Origin: an uncultured virus (IMG/VR IMGVR_UViG_3300044956_000873)
Taxonomy: Duplodnaviria > Heunggongvirae > Uroviricota > Caudoviricetes
DNA: 55,319 bases
Virus record (IMG/VR): IMGVR_UViG_3300044956_000873
Strand: one strand, 5' to 3'
Part shown: positions 16,203 through 27,755 of the stretch, piece by piece
Position numbering within the stretch: the stretch's first letter is position 1
Layout of the letters: every line of letters starts with the position of its first letter
Program-made: the position numbers and the translations under genes
The notes under the pieces: generated by a model
Told to the model about the DNA's origin: nothing
What the model saw: only the letters and a program-made list of their open reading frames with translations
Database searches by the model: none

Positions 16203-17850
16203 ATGGAAGAATGTTGCCTCATATGGTAATAAAATCCAAAAATTAGAATTGGCAGAAAGTGCTGGGCTAATACAAGTTGTTGGGGAAAACGGAGTGGGTA
16301 AATCTACTATATCCGACGTAATAACGTTTGGGTTATATGGAAAACTAGAGGGTAAAAAGCTAAAGGACATACCAAACAGATCCAATAAGAATGCTTGGAT
16401 GAAAATATCTTTTGAACAAGATGGCAAAAATTACGAGGTTGAGAGAGGATTAGATCCGCCACTTTTCCAACTATCGATTGATGGTAATATTTATGATCAA
16501 GCAGGAAAAAACAACGTACAAGATCACCTTAGTAATGACATACTAAAAATCCCTTATTATGTTTTTAATAATACTATCTCTCTATCAATAAATGACTTTA
16601 AAAGCTTCTTAAAAATGAGCACAGTGGATAAGAAGCTTATAATAGATAAAATATTCGGGTTTTACATTTTGAATGAAATGCGGGATATTTTAAAAGAGGA
16701 AAGTAAGAGTATAAAATCTCATATAGACCAATTAACTGGAGAGATCTTCGCAACTGGTAGATCTATATCATCATCGCAGAAAGAACTGGAAGAATTACAA
16801 CAAAAAATAATTGAGAACTCTGGGACGGAGATAGAGAAAACGCAAGAGCAGTTAGAAAACTATAAATCTCTATTAGAGTTACACACCGATAAAATAAAAT
16901 CATTTAGGACTAAAGAAAATCATGTAAATAAAGCAGTAACAGATTCATACGAAAAGTATAGTGATTTAGGTGCAAAAATAAAACAGCTAGACACCAAAAT
17001 AAATCTATACAACAAGGATAAGTGTCCCACATGTTCCTCCAATTTATCAACAGATTTCCATAAGTCTATATTTAATGATCTTTGTAAACTGAAGGAAAAA
17101 TATCAGGAGGATCTTAAGAAGCTAAAGTCTAATTACGAGGACGCTAAAAAATCACAGAATAAAATAGTAGAAACCAAAAACGATCTTTTCTCTAAGGGAA
17201 GTAAAATAGAAACTGGTATAAAAACTCTACAAAGTAAAATAAAAGATCTTAAAACTGCTAAAAACAATGATGAGGCTAATTCCATAAGAAAGCTTCTATC
17301 ACAAGCAAACGAAGATCTTACAGCATTTAACCAAGAGAAAGCTTTATTTGAGGAAAAACAAGGTTGGATAAAAACTTTAGATGAAGTACTCAGCGAGAAA
17401 GGCGTAAAACAACTAGCAATAAAATCGATACTTCCTTCCCTAAATAATGAGATATTGAATACGCTTCTTTCTTTGCACCTACCATATAAGGTTGTTTTTA
17501 ATGAAGAATTCAATGCTCAAATTTTCCATTTAGGTGAAGAAATATCTCCTCAAACACTTTCCACTGGAGAAATGAAAAAAGTTGATTTTGCGGTACTTAT
17601 AGCAGTAATAAAGCTAATGAAAATAAGGTTCTCATCGGTAAATATTCTTTTCTTGGATGAGATTTTTAGTTCTGTAGATCCTGACGGGGTTCATAGTATT
17701 CTTAGCACTTTAAGGAAACTCTCCGACGATCTTTGTATGAATATATTTGTGATAAACCACGCTCCAATGCCTACCGAGATATTTGATTATAAAATAGAGA
17801 TATCTAAAAAAAATAGTTTCTCTGATATTTCTTTTGATAAATTGTCATAG
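16183..17850 (+). CDS. Rad50/SbcC-like ATPase (gp46)
   Basis: GENGVGKS, CPTC zinc hook, LSTGE, FLDEIF. Confidence 0.93.
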   Translation: MKIKKIEWKNVASYGNKIQKLELAESAGLIQVVGENGVGKSTISDVITFGLYGKLEGKKLKDIPNRSNKNAWMKISFEQDGKNYEVERGLDPPLFQLSIDGNIYDQAGKNNVQDHLSNDILKIPYYVFNNTISLSINDFKSFLKMSTVDKKLIIDKIFGFYILNEMRDILKEESKSIKSHIDQLTGEIFATGRSISSSQKELEELQQKIIENSGTEIEKTQEQLENYKSLLELHTDKIKSFRTKENHVNKAVTDSYEKYSDLGAKIKQLDTKINLYNKDKCPTCSSNLSTDFHKSIFNDLCKLKEKYQEDLKKLKSNYEDAKKSQNKIVETKNDLFSKGSKIETGIKTLQSKIKDLKTAKNNDEANSIRKLLSQANEDLTAFNQEKALFEEKQGWIKTLDEVLSEKGVKQLAIKSILPSLNNEILNTLLSLHLPYKVVFNEEFNAQIFHLGEEISPQTLSTGEMKKVDFAVLIAVIKLMKIRFSSVNILFLDEIFSSVDPDGVHSILSTLRKLSDDLCMNIFVINHAPMPTEIFDYKIEISKKNSFSDISFDKLS

Positions 17851-17862
17851 GATATATAAAAC

Positions 17863-18291
17863 ATGACAGAAATATATCCAGCAGGAACAGAATCTATAAG
17901 AAACCTTACTCCTACTTTTAATTACTTTTTAGTTGTTAAAGGTGATTCTTTAGTAGATGACATCCCGCAAAAAGAATATTTCGTTTATAGATTTAAAGTA
18001 CCCGTTAATAAGAAAGACGGGATCTCCCAGTTGAGAAATTATTTTAAGTCTATTGACCTTTCTATAGTTTACGAGTGTAGAGAAATTCCTGACATTGAAT
18101 ACGCAACTGGAAATTTTTTTCATCCAGACTACACGAATTCAACAAAACAGCAGTTAAGATTTAAAATGAGAGAGATTCCTATTTATTTACAATCCCAAAT
18201 AAGGGTTATAGATCTAGAAAAGGATCCTTATCAATACGGGAGTAAACATATAATTATGGACAAAACATCAGTAATTCTAGACAATAACTAA
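17863..18291 (+). CDS. hypothetical late protein
   Basis: GATATATA at 17851. Confidence 0.65.
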   Translation: MTEIYPAGTESIRNLTPTFNYFLVVKGDSLVDDIPQKEYFVYRFKVPVNKKDGISQLRNYFKSIDLSIVYECREIPDIEYATGNFFHPDYTNSTKQQLRFKMREIPIYLQSQIRVIDLEKDPYQYGSKHIIMDKTSVILDNN

Positions 18292-18295
18292 AAGA

Positions 18296-19132
18296 ATGAA
18301 TTTTTTAGAAAAATATAATACAGACAACGTATTTTTTAGGGGCGTAATAATAGGTCTTTTAAGTAAACTCAATGAGGTTATAACTTACGAACAGGTAGGC
18401 AGTAACCAAGAGATTACTAAAATCTATATTCCTTTTTTCTATTCTACGGTTGGCGACGAGCCATTCCTCCAAGATTTCTATCTCTCCTATGAGGACTGTG
18501 ACGGTAAACCAGCTTTTGCAGAGGGAAATTACGATGTGATACCTAGAGGTATAATAGAAATAGGAACATCTAGAATAGACACGGGATCTGCTACTACTAA
18601 ATTTGTAAGGGGCTCTTATGCTAAAGAAATAGAAAAAGAGACGGGCAGCGAGATGGTTACCTTTTCATCATATTTATATCCAATTCCTTTAGGAATATCT
18701 ATCACTGCAAAGATAAAAGCTGACACAACTTTAGACGCTTTTAAAATCCAACAGAGCGTACTCGAAATATTATATAAAAGATTTGTTTATTATTTTGATT
18801 ATAAAGGATTTAAAATACCGGTACAGGTGAGTTTAGGTGATTCACCCCCAGATAAACAACCTAATAATTTTCAGATATCGTATGGATCACAAAGAGGAGA
18901 AGCCATAACATTAAGTTTTTCTATGGAACTTGAAACCTATTTACCTAATATAGATCGAACAACAGAAAGATTTAGAGGTAATCTAATGCAAGGAGGTATA
19001 AAACTTAGTGTCGAATTAGGAACAGCTCCTCCAGACAACAGCACAATAATATCAGGATTAGAAATATATGATATAAGAAAAGATATTACTGGCGTAACTG
19101 GTGCAACTGGAGAAGCACCGTCAAATCCTTAA
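18296..19132 (+). CDS. tail terminator / sheath stabilizer (gp15-like)
   Basis: IYIPFFY, IPRG, YPIP...KIQQSVLE pattern; position in the neck cluster. Confidence 0.6.
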   Translation: MNFLEKYNTDNVFFRGVIIGLLSKLNEVITYEQVGSNQEITKIYIPFFYSTVGDEPFLQDFYLSYEDCDGKPAFAEGNYDVIPRGIIEIGTSRIDTGSATTKFVRGSYAKEIEKETGSEMVTFSSYLYPIPLGISITAKIKADTTLDAFKIQQSVLEILYKRFVYYFDYKGFKIPVQVSLGDSPPDKQPNNFQISYGSQRGEAITLSFSMELETYLPNIDRTTERFRGNLMQGGIKLSVELGTAPPDNSTIISGLEIYDIRKDITGVTGATGEAPSNP

Positions 19133-19428
19133 GAATTTAAAGACTGATCCTCTTTTGTTTCTTCAACTTCTATTTCGCTAACACCAGAATCTTTAGATTT
19201 TCTGTAACCTAATAGCGTAGCACCAATAGATACGAAAATTATAGTTTGTGCGAGGATATCTACACTTTTATCTAAGAACATTTTATCTATACATCCCAAT
19301 AAAAAGCATATCCCCCCTATAAAAACGATGTATAGTCCTGCAGTTCCACTTGCTGACGTTTTCCCGTCTGAATTAGAAGTAAGCTGTGCAAAACTAAACT
19401 TCTCCATAGTAGCTCTAAATTTTTTCAT
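19129..19428 (-). CDS. small two-TM membrane protein (holin-like)
   Basis: SNSDGKTS followed by two hydrophobic helices and a charged tail. Confidence 0.5.
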   Translation of the reverse strand: MKKFRATMEKFSFAQLTSNSDGKTSASGTAGLYIVFIGGICFLLGCIDKMFLDKSVDILAQTIIFVSIGATLLGYRKSKDSGVSEIEVEETKEDQSLNS

Positions 19429-19467
19429 ATACTTTTTTCTGATATATATTAAAAACATTTCTCTAAA

Positions 19468-21657
19468 ATGGCAGACAGCCCAATAGAATTTTCTGCAATA
19501 GGTAATTATAGAATCATATCCTGGACAGAACCATTTAAAAATGTAGAAGCTTTTAATGGATGGGTAATAGATACAAGTGGAGAAAATCCTCCCTACGTAT
19601 ATCTGTATTTAGAGTACAGATGGAGTATAAATGGTTCAAATTGGTCTTTATGGGCTCCTTTAACACAGCAATCTATTGGAGATATTTCTATATCGCCAGA
19701 TAACCCATTCTGGGTTGAAGTAAGGTTGACTGCTTCCTCTGATGAGGATTCAAGTCCATATTATCCCCCAGGAACAACATTAAGTCCACCAATAGTTTTA
19801 TTGGACTTTGAACTAGATCTGCAGTATAAGAATGTTGATCCACGAGATCTAATGACCAATCCACCTGCTCCTTTGTGTAGCAAAGAGCTAACTAACTACC
19901 CAATAGTTTTTTCTGACTGTGATTTCACTTTTAGGCCATATGATATTAATAGATCCATAAATATGTACCAGGATCTAAGTAAGATCGTAAACAATGTATT
20001 TGGACACGAAGTTGTTTATTATTCAGTACAGCCACAAGGAAAGGGAAGAGACGTTGTTCTTAAAGAATACAACCTATTTAATGTTGTTGAGGAAAAATGT
20101 GTTAAGGTAATGGTTCTAAATAACCAATTTCCCGATGCAGCTCTTACTTTTGATTCCTGGGGATTAAACTTTAATCAGCCATTCGAAATTCACATAGACA
20201 GAAAATATTTTGAAGGTATATTTGGTAAAGGATCACAACCAAGAAAAAGAGATATTATTTATTTTCCTATAACAAACAGAATTTACCAAATAGATTCAAT
20301 GTATGTTTTCAGAGACATAAACAATTATCCAGTTTATTTTAAAATTCAGCTTACTAAGTACGAGGTTAAAAAGAACACTACATTTATCGATCCACAAGCA
20401 GAATCTGCTTTATTAGATTATACTGTTAATACTAAGGATCTATTTGGAGAAGAAGTTAAGAACGAAGAAATAGAACTGACAAAACCCCAGCAGTACGCCA
20501 TAACATCCCAGAGAAGATTAGAGGATCCTATAAGATCCTATATAAGCAAGGATCTTCCTATAATAGAATATGATCTTAATAATAACTGGACTATAGTATT
20601 TAACAATTATTATGATTTAGATAGAATATTTGTTGATGCTCAGGCTCAGGTTGATCCAGCATCTCCCTCCCTATTAGTTATTGAAAGAGATGCAGTACGA
20701 TGGAAGGCTGATCTTATTTTAACAGAAAACGAGGAAAGAGCATTTCTTTGCTGGTTCAGGATAAGAAATTATTTAGATCGTAGCAAATTAGTCCCTAAGC
20801 CTGCACCTAAAGTTCCAATTACTATTGATAACATAGGGACTGGGCAAATAACATACAGTACCTATCCTATACCACACAAACTAAGCATGGGGGAAAACCC
20901 CAATGGATTTGTATCCATTCTAGCCGATGTGGTCAGATCTGGAGGATTTGAATTATTGTCAGTAGATGATCAGTTTAGATTTACTATCAAGGATGAAGGA
21001 GCAGCAGCTCCAGTAACAACTGCTAGTTGGAAAGTACAAAAAGCACAGGCTAGAACTCTTTTCGATGGTTATTATAATGGACAGGGAATGCTTATAGATC
21101 TTATATGGAGCGGATCTAATCCAGTTACAAGTCCAACTGAAAATAATTATTTGCAGACCGGTAGTTTTAGATTCAGGATAAATAATCTAGAAGTTTCGTC
21201 ACCTTTTGGAGCTGGCATATCCAGTACAATAGGAGAATTTATTCCGACGACAGATGATTGGTATGGTTTTGTTTTTAATTTCTCAAATATATTCAGACAA
21301 TATTCTATGAAAGTTTGGAGACTTACATATAATCCAGACAATCCCGCGACACAAACTTCCGACCTAAGTCTAGTTCATTCATTAGATGGTGTTACTACAC
21401 AGGCTTATACCTTTAATATACCTCCAGTAATAGAGGAAGACTACGACAGTCCTTTTTATGGAACAAATAACTATGCTTATAAAACAAGATCATGTCCTTT
21501 ATGGGCAACCAATTATAGATTTTTTAAACAAATGGTAGAAGAGGAAAAACAGTCCACTATGTTAAATCAAAATATAGTAGGAGACGCACAGCTTGGTATT
21601 ATAATAGATAATGCTAAACCTATACTGAAACTTCCTAAAGTTGCCAAAAACAAATAA
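19468..21657 (+). CDS. neck protein (gp14-like) with extra beta domains
   Basis: VFGHEVVYY...FEIHIDRKYF...PRKRDIIYFPITNRIYQI core. Confidence 0.6.
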   Translation: MADSPIEFSAIGNYRIISWTEPFKNVEAFNGWVIDTSGENPPYVYLYLEYRWSINGSNWSLWAPLTQQSIGDISISPDNPFWVEVRLTASSDEDSSPYYPPGTTLSPPIVLLDFELDLQYKNVDPRDLMTNPPAPLCSKELTNYPIVFSDCDFTFRPYDINRSINMYQDLSKIVNNVFGHEVVYYSVQPQGKGRDVVLKEYNLFNVVEEKCVKVMVLNNQFPDAALTFDSWGLNFNQPFEIHIDRKYFEGIFGKGSQPRKRDIIYFPITNRIYQIDSMYVFRDINNYPVYFKIQLTKYEVKKNTTFIDPQAESALLDYTVNTKDLFGEEVKNEEIELTKPQQYAITSQRRLEDPIRSYISKDLPIIEYDLNNNWTIVFNNYYDLDRIFVDAQAQVDPASPSLLVIERDAVRWKADLILTENEERAFLCWFRIRNYLDRSKLVPKPAPKVPITIDNIGTGQITYSTYPIPHKLSMGENPNGFVSILADVVRSGGFELLSVDDQFRFTIKDEGAAAPVTTASWKVQKAQARTLFDGYYNGQGMLIDLIWSGSNPVTSPTENNYLQTGSFRFRINNLEVSSPFGAGISSTIGEFIPTTDDWYGFVFNFSNIFRQYSMKVWRLTYNPDNPATQTSDLSLVHSLDGVTTQAYTFNIPPVIEEDYDSPFYGTNNYAYKTRSCPLWATNYRFFKQMVEEEKQSTMLNQNIVGDAQLGIIIDNAKPILKLPKVAKNK

Positions 21658-21660
21658 TTT

Positions 21661-22431
21661 ATGCCAAGAAGAAAACCAAAAACACCAAATTTATCTAAAG
21701 AACAAGAACTTAATCTTAAAGATAAATTGGATAGTATTATACTAGCAGACGAGATGCTTTCTGGTCTAAGCACTCCAGATATACCACCAATAAAAGCTCA
21801 TAGAGAACTGAAAATAGACACAGTTAAAAGCGAGGTTGAGATGGAGGCAAGAGCAATATTGGAATCTCTTTCTAAATTCTATAATGACATAGAAAACATT
21901 TCGGAAGATTCTTATATTAAACATAAGCAGAAGATAGATGCCATGAGCATTTCAACAATGGCTTTTCAGATAAGAACTGCGCAGCACGCAATAGCTAAGA
22001 TTATAGAGGAGATAGATTCAGGTAGAGTGGAGCCAAGACTTTTTGAGGTTTTAGCTCAACTTCAGAATCAGATAATGCAAATGCCTAAGAATTTTTCTTC
22101 TTATATGACACAAATGGAGAAAAATTATAAGCAATTAAAAGCTGAAGGTGAAGAGATCAAAAGAGGAGGATGGGACATACAGTTTGACGAAAACGGAAAC
22201 ATAATACAATCCAAAGAAAACGAGGATCTTTTAAAAGCAAGAGGAACCAGAAGTCTTATGGAGAACCTTCGGAATGTTATGAAAAATGGTAACATAGTAA
22301 AAGATGCTGAGATAGTTACACCAGATGACAGTTTAATAAACCCAAGAACAAAATTTGGAGGCACCTCAGACTTACTGGGAGGAGGTGAAGATGATGTAGA
22401 TTTTGAGCTCGATGACGATATATTCGATTAA
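21661..22431 (+). CDS. terS: terminase small subunit (gp16-like)
   Basis: PRLFEVLAQL motif; directly upstream of TerL. Confidence 0.6.
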   Translation: MPRRKPKTPNLSKEQELNLKDKLDSIILADEMLSGLSTPDIPPIKAHRELKIDTVKSEVEMEARAILESLSKFYNDIENISEDSYIKHKQKIDAMSISTMAFQIRTAQHAIAKIIEEIDSGRVEPRLFEVLAQLQNQIMQMPKNFSSYMTQMEKNYKQLKAEGEEIKRGGWDIQFDENGNIIQSKENEDLLKARGTRSLMENLRNVMKNGNIVKDAEIVTPDDSLINPRTKFGGTSDLLGGGEDDVDFELDDDIFD

Positions 22432-22433
22432 TT

Positions 22434-24239
22434 ATGAGTCTTAAGGAAGAAAAATCTAGTAATTTCTGGTCCAACGCCAAAGTAGAAAAATTAGTATACG
22501 ACGCTGAGGAAAACGGAATAGACTACAAAGACGTAGATAATCCATTTCATGAGAATGATCCGGAACTAAGAAAAGGTAATATTCTTTTTGAATACACCGA
22601 ATGGGAATTAGAAGAGATAAAAAAGTGTGCAGAGGATGTTGTTTATTTCGCTGACAATTATTGTCACGTTATGACCGATGAGGGTATTAGACAGATATCT
22701 CTTAGAGATTATCAAATTCAGATACTAAACCAATATCAACACCACAGAAAAAACGTTTTCGTTTCCCCCCGACAATCTGGTAAAACTATTACGTCTTCTA
22801 TATTTCTCTTGTGGTATCTACTATTTAACTTTGAAAAAAATGCCATGATTATGGCTAACATTGGTGATACTGCAGCTGAATTAATGGATAAGATCAAAGT
22901 TATTATGAGGGGCTTACCTTTCTTTTTAAAGCCAGGTCTAGTCGTTTATAACGTAATGACGATGAAGTTTGATAACGGGTGCCGTATAATGGCTAAAACG
23001 ACAACTAAAACATCCTCGATCGGTTACACGATTCATATGTTATACATGGATGAGTTTGCGCATATTAACCCCAACTTTATAAATCAGTTCTTTAAATCTG
23101 TTTATCCTACCATATCATCATCACAAATTGCGAGGGTTATTATAACATCCACACCCAATGGCATGAATAAGTTTTGGGAGATATACAAAGGAGCAGTCGA
23201 AGGAGAGAACGAATTTAATCCGATAAGAGTTGAATGGTGGCAGGTTCCTGGAAGGGACGAAGAATGGAAAAGAAAAGAAATTGCAGCACTTGGGTCAGAG
23301 GAAGACTTTAACCAGGAGTATGGGTGTCAATTTTTATCTTCTTCCAGATTGTTGTTGGATTCCAACACATTAAAGAGATTAAAGGGATCCGAAGAGCAAT
23401 TTATATTTTATGAATTATCTCCCTTCGAAAAAAGCCCAATAGATTATTCTAATCTTTTGTGGCATCCTAAATTTGATCCTGCTTCTATATTTGAAAAGGG
23501 GGGACAAAAATTTTATATTTCTATAGACACAGCTAGCGGAGGAGGAGGTGACTATTCGGTCGCTAATATTTTTAAAGTTGCTCCTATGCCTAGCAGCGTA
23601 ATAAAGAATAAAAGATTTTTTGAAGACGAGAGTGACTTTTTCTGTCTCCTTCAAGTTGGTATATTTAGGTCCAATATTATTGAAATAGACGAATTTAAAG
23701 CATTTTTAGAGATTCTTATAGTTGATGTATTAGGAGCAGATAATACAAGGATCGTACTGGAATTGGACCACAAAGGAGAAATGCTTATGGACAAGTTACT
23801 AGATTCTGAAGAATTCTTTGACGAGATGTTTGTTTATACTAAACACTCGGAAGCAAGCACTAAATTAAAGCCGGGTGTTAAATTAACAGTAAAAAATAAA
23901 GAAAAATTCTGTTACGATTTAAAAATAAATACCAGATCATATAAAATAATCCCCTCCAACAAGAATGGAATACACGAATTAGCAAATTTTGGAATAAATC
24001 CAAACGGAAGTTTCTCTAGTCAAATAGGAAAAGACGATGAAGCCATGACTCTAGTTAATTTAAATTGTGTTTTTGATGTTGGTGATTTTCAAGAAACTGT
24101 GATGGATCTTTATGATATTATTCCAGAAAAGTTTAGAAAACTAATAGAAGAGAGGCTTTTAGAAAACTCACAAGCTGCTCAAAATAAAACTAGCGATCTA
24201 TCAAATTATACTTTCTTAAACGGACTCCTCGATTCTTAG
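22434..24239 (+). CDS. terL: terminase large subunit (gp17-like)
   Basis: LRDYQ, PRQSGKT, YMDEFAH, ITSTPNG, FNQEYGCQF, SIDTASGGGGDYS. Confidence 0.95.
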   Translation: MSLKEEKSSNFWSNAKVEKLVYDAEENGIDYKDVDNPFHENDPELRKGNILFEYTEWELEEIKKCAEDVVYFADNYCHVMTDEGIRQISLRDYQIQILNQYQHHRKNVFVSPRQSGKTITSSIFLLWYLLFNFEKNAMIMANIGDTAAELMDKIKVIMRGLPFFLKPGLVVYNVMTMKFDNGCRIMAKTTTKTSSIGYTIHMLYMDEFAHINPNFINQFFKSVYPTISSSQIARVIITSTPNGMNKFWEIYKGAVEGENEFNPIRVEWWQVPGRDEEWKRKEIAALGSEEDFNQEYGCQFLSSSRLLLDSNTLKRLKGSEEQFIFYELSPFEKSPIDYSNLLWHPKFDPASIFEKGGQKFYISIDTASGGGGDYSVANIFKVAPMPSSVIKNKRFFEDESDFFCLLQVGIFRSNIIEIDEFKAFLEILIVDVLGADNTRIVLELDHKGEMLMDKLLDSEEFFDEMFVYTKHSEASTKLKPGVKLTVKNKEKFCYDLKINTRSYKIIPSNKNGIHELANFGINPNGSFSSQIGKDDEAMTLVNLNCVFDVGDFQETVMDLYDIIPEKFRKLIEERLLENSQAAQNKTSDLSNYTFLNGLLDS

Positions 24240-24309
24240 AAGAAGAATGATATATACATAGAAAAAGAAGTCAAAGAATAACTTCTTAGAATATAAATAA
24301 AAATTAAAA

Positions 24310-27300
24310 ATGGCAAAACAAGTCAAACTTGATTTATCCCAATTTAAAGCATCTGGTGTTTACACTTTAGAATTTGATGCTAGTGAGAACATTATTATTA
24401 ACCCTTCCACAATCAGATTGGTTGTAGGTTATTCTAGCGTTGGACCTTTTAATACACCAGTTTATTGCCCAGATATTACGACTTTCCAATCAATATTTGG
24501 AGGAATAGAAAGAACTATGGAAAAGAAAGGATCTTTCTTTCATAGATCTTGCTTAGTGTGTCTACAAAGTGGACCTATATTTGCTCTCAATCTAAGACTT
24601 TTAAATAATACTGTAGATGAAAATGGAGATCCTGACTATGCTGCAGGTGCTGATGTAGCTAGATATAGAGCTTTCTCTATGGATACAGAGGAACAAAACG
24701 GTGCTAATGCTACTGGAGACTACTCATATCCTTTAACAAAACAGGATAAATTATTATCTTCTTACTATAACAAGGAGAAGTTTTGGTTTCCAGATGCAAC
24801 TTATTTGTTAGCTACAGAGGACACTTCGGGAGCTCAACCAGATTCAAGAAAACTATTTAGCATTGTTAATCTTGGACAAAATCCAGTAAGTATTATAGTA
24901 AGAAAATCATTGGATTCTAAATTTCCTTTAAGAGGATTCGACATTACAGCTAGAGAATATTTTGGACCGGACAGCGTTCCTTCATATATGAATCAATATG
25001 ATTATCTTTCAGATTGGTTTATTGATGTGATTGCAATAAATGGAAATTGGACTGATTATCAAGCTCTTTCTAATGATCCAGTTTATAATGAGTACTTTAC
25101 TTCTAAAGGATTTATAAAATCTAAAATAGAAAATTTCTTAGCTCTTGATGGCGTTAATATTGCATTGACAGTAACTGGTACTATAATCCCTAACTTTACC
25201 GATCAAAACGGTACTTTAAGATACATCCAAACTCTTATTAATAACCAAACACCAACAACAGGTATTTTCTGTGCTGTTAACGAAGAAGCTTTGGATGATC
25301 TAGTCGACAACTCTTCAGTGTTTGACTTGGTTGGTCACCACTTAGTGGATGAAATAGGTCCGGATGCAGACATTACATCAGTACCTAGGAATCTTAATTT
25401 CTTGTCATACAGTCAAAATTTATTCGCGGATTATACATATTTTAAGAATATTGATGGATCTACAGGTGGTACTGAGATTGAGGATGGCATTTCACCTTCT
25501 AATCCAGGAATGGACATATTACCAGAGACTGGAACACTTCTTTTAGATACGTTGTATAATGCAACAGGAGATGCTGGTATACCAACAACTCTTTGGGACA
25601 CTTATAATTCTGCTGCTAGAGACGGGGGAGCTATTTTTATAGATACTTTATTTACATCTCCTACGTTCCATGATGATCAAATAACAACATTGGATGACTT
25701 TGTTTCCGTTTCAAATACAGCTCCTGCAAATAGATGGGTATTAGGTAAAGTAACTTCGAATTTACCAACTCCAGGATATCTCGGATTCTATGAAGGAGAT
25801 TTAGTTAAATTAAGAATAGTAGAGGCAAAAACAATTACTAATTCAACTCTTCCTGTTGGAGTTAGAACTCAGGTAAGATTGAGATTAAAGCATCCTCTAG
25901 TAGGATCTACTGCTTCAACAACTTATGTTGAACCTTATGACATAACAAATAAAAGTACAACTTCTGCTTATCAAATAGGTAATCCTGATTATTTCGATAA
26001 CGACGATGTTTACTTCTCTCCAGACATTCCAGTAGGAACTGATTCATACTTAGCTTATGAAAACTCTGAAATGTACAGAGATTGGGTTAAGGGTAACATT
26101 GGAGACGGGGATGTTGACTGGAAAGACGATACAGGATCTTTACTTCAATATTTAAAATTTGAAGTTAACGTAGATAGGGACGGATACAATATCCTAGTTT
26201 GTAGAGCGTATGCAGATGATACCTTCACAACTCCGGAGGCTGTTTCAACTTGGAACACCACTTACATTAGCTCACTTCCAATTGGAACAAACGAAACCAC
26301 AGGAGAAAGCTTTAACATAGTTTCAACTGCAGGAAACATAAGCGATTATGTTGACATTATTACACAGCTACAACCTAATGTTATTGAATTATCTACTGCT
26401 GTCGCTACTTCTTCCGGTATAAAAGTAGGAAATCTATTAGTATCTACTGACATTCAAATTTATGATAATCCGTTAACCGAAAATCTCCAGTCAAGGCTAA
26501 CAAGAGTTTTAGAAGTTAAAACTGTAGCTTCTGCAACATCTCCTGGCGTTTACACAGTACGGGTTAAGACTGAAAGGCCTATACAACTTTACCCTGGTGT
26601 AACAACAAGAGTTTGGAAATTTAAAAATATTCAAGAGTTTGTTAAAACTTTTAATTTCACTTATCTTCCTGGTGCAGATATCAAAGCAGCTTCTATGCCT
26701 AATGGTACGGACACAAGAATGAACGACATTCTAGATGTTCTTACTAATACTAACCTTGCTAGAACATTAGCAGATACCGATGTAATTACATTCCGATATA
26801 TTGTCGATACATTTGACGGTGGTATACAACCAAACTGTAAATTCCAGCTTGCTAGACTTGCTAAAAACAGACAAAAATGTTTAGCAATTTGTAATCTACC
26901 TTCAATGAAGAAGTTTGCAGATTCTGTAGATCCTAGATTTACTTCTACACCAACTGCAACTGATCCAGCCCCACTTTTACAAGCTAGATTCATCGCAGAT
27001 GGAGGTAACTTAAGTCTTAATCCGTCATTTACTTTCTCTTTACCTGATGAAGATCTAGGAGCTAAATTCTCAGGATTCTTTGCACCATTCTTAACAATCA
27101 GAGAAAATAATAAGAATTTAGATGTTCCACCTTCAGCTTATGTTTCTAACAATTTTATACGTAAGTTTATTACAGGTGAACCTTATTCAATCGTAGCTGG
27201 TCTTAAGAGAGGTATTATCTCTGCTAGTAACTTAGTAGGATTGGAATATGATTTCGACTTACAAGATAGGGAATTCTTAGAGCCATTCGGAGTTAACCCT

Positions 27301-27711
27301 ATTATCCGTAAGAGAGGAGTTGGTATAGTTATCTTCGGTAACCAAACAAGCTACCAAAGAACAAACTCTGCATTCAACAACTTACACGTAAGAGATTTAT
27401 TAATTACTGTAGAGAGTGCAATCGAAGAAATCCTTTCTAACTACGTATTTGATTTCAATGAAGATAATGTTAGGCTTGAAATTAAAACATTAGTAGACAA
27501 CTACTTAACTGGGGTAAGATCTGTTGGAGGTATCTACAACTATTTGACTATCATGGACTCTTCTAATAATACTCCTGCAATAATCGATCAAAACATCGGT
27601 ATTATAGACGTAATAATCGAACCTGCAAGAGGTATTCATAAGTTCATCAATAGAATGACAGTTACTAGAACAGGCGGTATTGCTTCAGGAGGATTCATTC
27701 AATTTAGCTAA
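24310..27711 (+). CDS. contractile tail sheath protein (gp18-like), enlarged
   Basis: SGVYTLEFD, GPFNTP, VPPSAYV, GVNPI, LHVRDLL, FDFN; 1133 aa. Confidence 0.92.
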   Translation: MAKQVKLDLSQFKASGVYTLEFDASENIIINPSTIRLVVGYSSVGPFNTPVYCPDITTFQSIFGGIERTMEKKGSFFHRSCLVCLQSGPIFALNLRLLNNTVDENGDPDYAAGADVARYRAFSMDTEEQNGANATGDYSYPLTKQDKLLSSYYNKEKFWFPDATYLLATEDTSGAQPDSRKLFSIVNLGQNPVSIIVRKSLDSKFPLRGFDITAREYFGPDSVPSYMNQYDYLSDWFIDVIAINGNWTDYQALSNDPVYNEYFTSKGFIKSKIENFLALDGVNIALTVTGTIIPNFTDQNGTLRYIQTLINNQTPTTGIFCAVNEEALDDLVDNSSVFDLVGHHLVDEIGPDADITSVPRNLNFLSYSQNLFADYTYFKNIDGSTGGTEIEDGISPSNPGMDILPETGTLLLDTLYNATGDAGIPTTLWDTYNSAARDGGAIFIDTLFTSPTFHDDQITTLDDFVSVSNTAPANRWVLGKVTSNLPTPGYLGFYEGDLVKLRIVEAKTITNSTLPVGVRTQVRLRLKHPLVGSTASTTYVEPYDITNKSTTSAYQIGNPDYFDNDDVYFSPDIPVGTDSYLAYENSEMYRDWVKGNIGDGDVDWKDDTGSLLQYLKFEVNVDRDGYNILVCRAYADDTFTTPEAVSTWNTTYISSLPIGTNETTGESFNIVSTAGNISDYVDIITQLQPNVIELSTAVATSSGIKVGNLLVSTDIQIYDNPLTENLQSRLTRVLEVKTVASATSPGVYTVRVKTERPIQLYPGVTTRVWKFKNIQEFVKTFNFTYLPGADIKAASMPNGTDTRMNDILDVLTNTNLARTLADTDVITFRYIVDTFDGGIQPNCKFQLARLAKNRQKCLAICNLPSMKKFADSVDPRFTSTPTATDPAPLLQARFIADGGNLSLNPSFTFSLPDEDLGAKFSGFFAPFLTIRENNKNLDVPPSAYVSNNFIRKFITGEPYSIVAGLKRGIISASNLVGLEYDFDLQDREFLEPFGVNPIIRKRGVGIVIFGNQTSYQRTNSAFNNLHVRDLLITVESAIEEILSNYVFDFNEDNVRLEIKTLVDNYLTGVRSVGGIYNYLTIMDSSNNTPAIIDQNIGIIDVIIEPARGIHKFINRMTVTRTGGIASGGFIQFS

Positions 27712-27755
27712 TAAATTGTAGAGAATTCTTGAATGTAAATATATAAAATAAAAAC

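Noticed and set aside
11857..24239. Inteins or introns in UvsX, helicase or TerL
   Set aside because: Lengths are normal and motifs are contiguous
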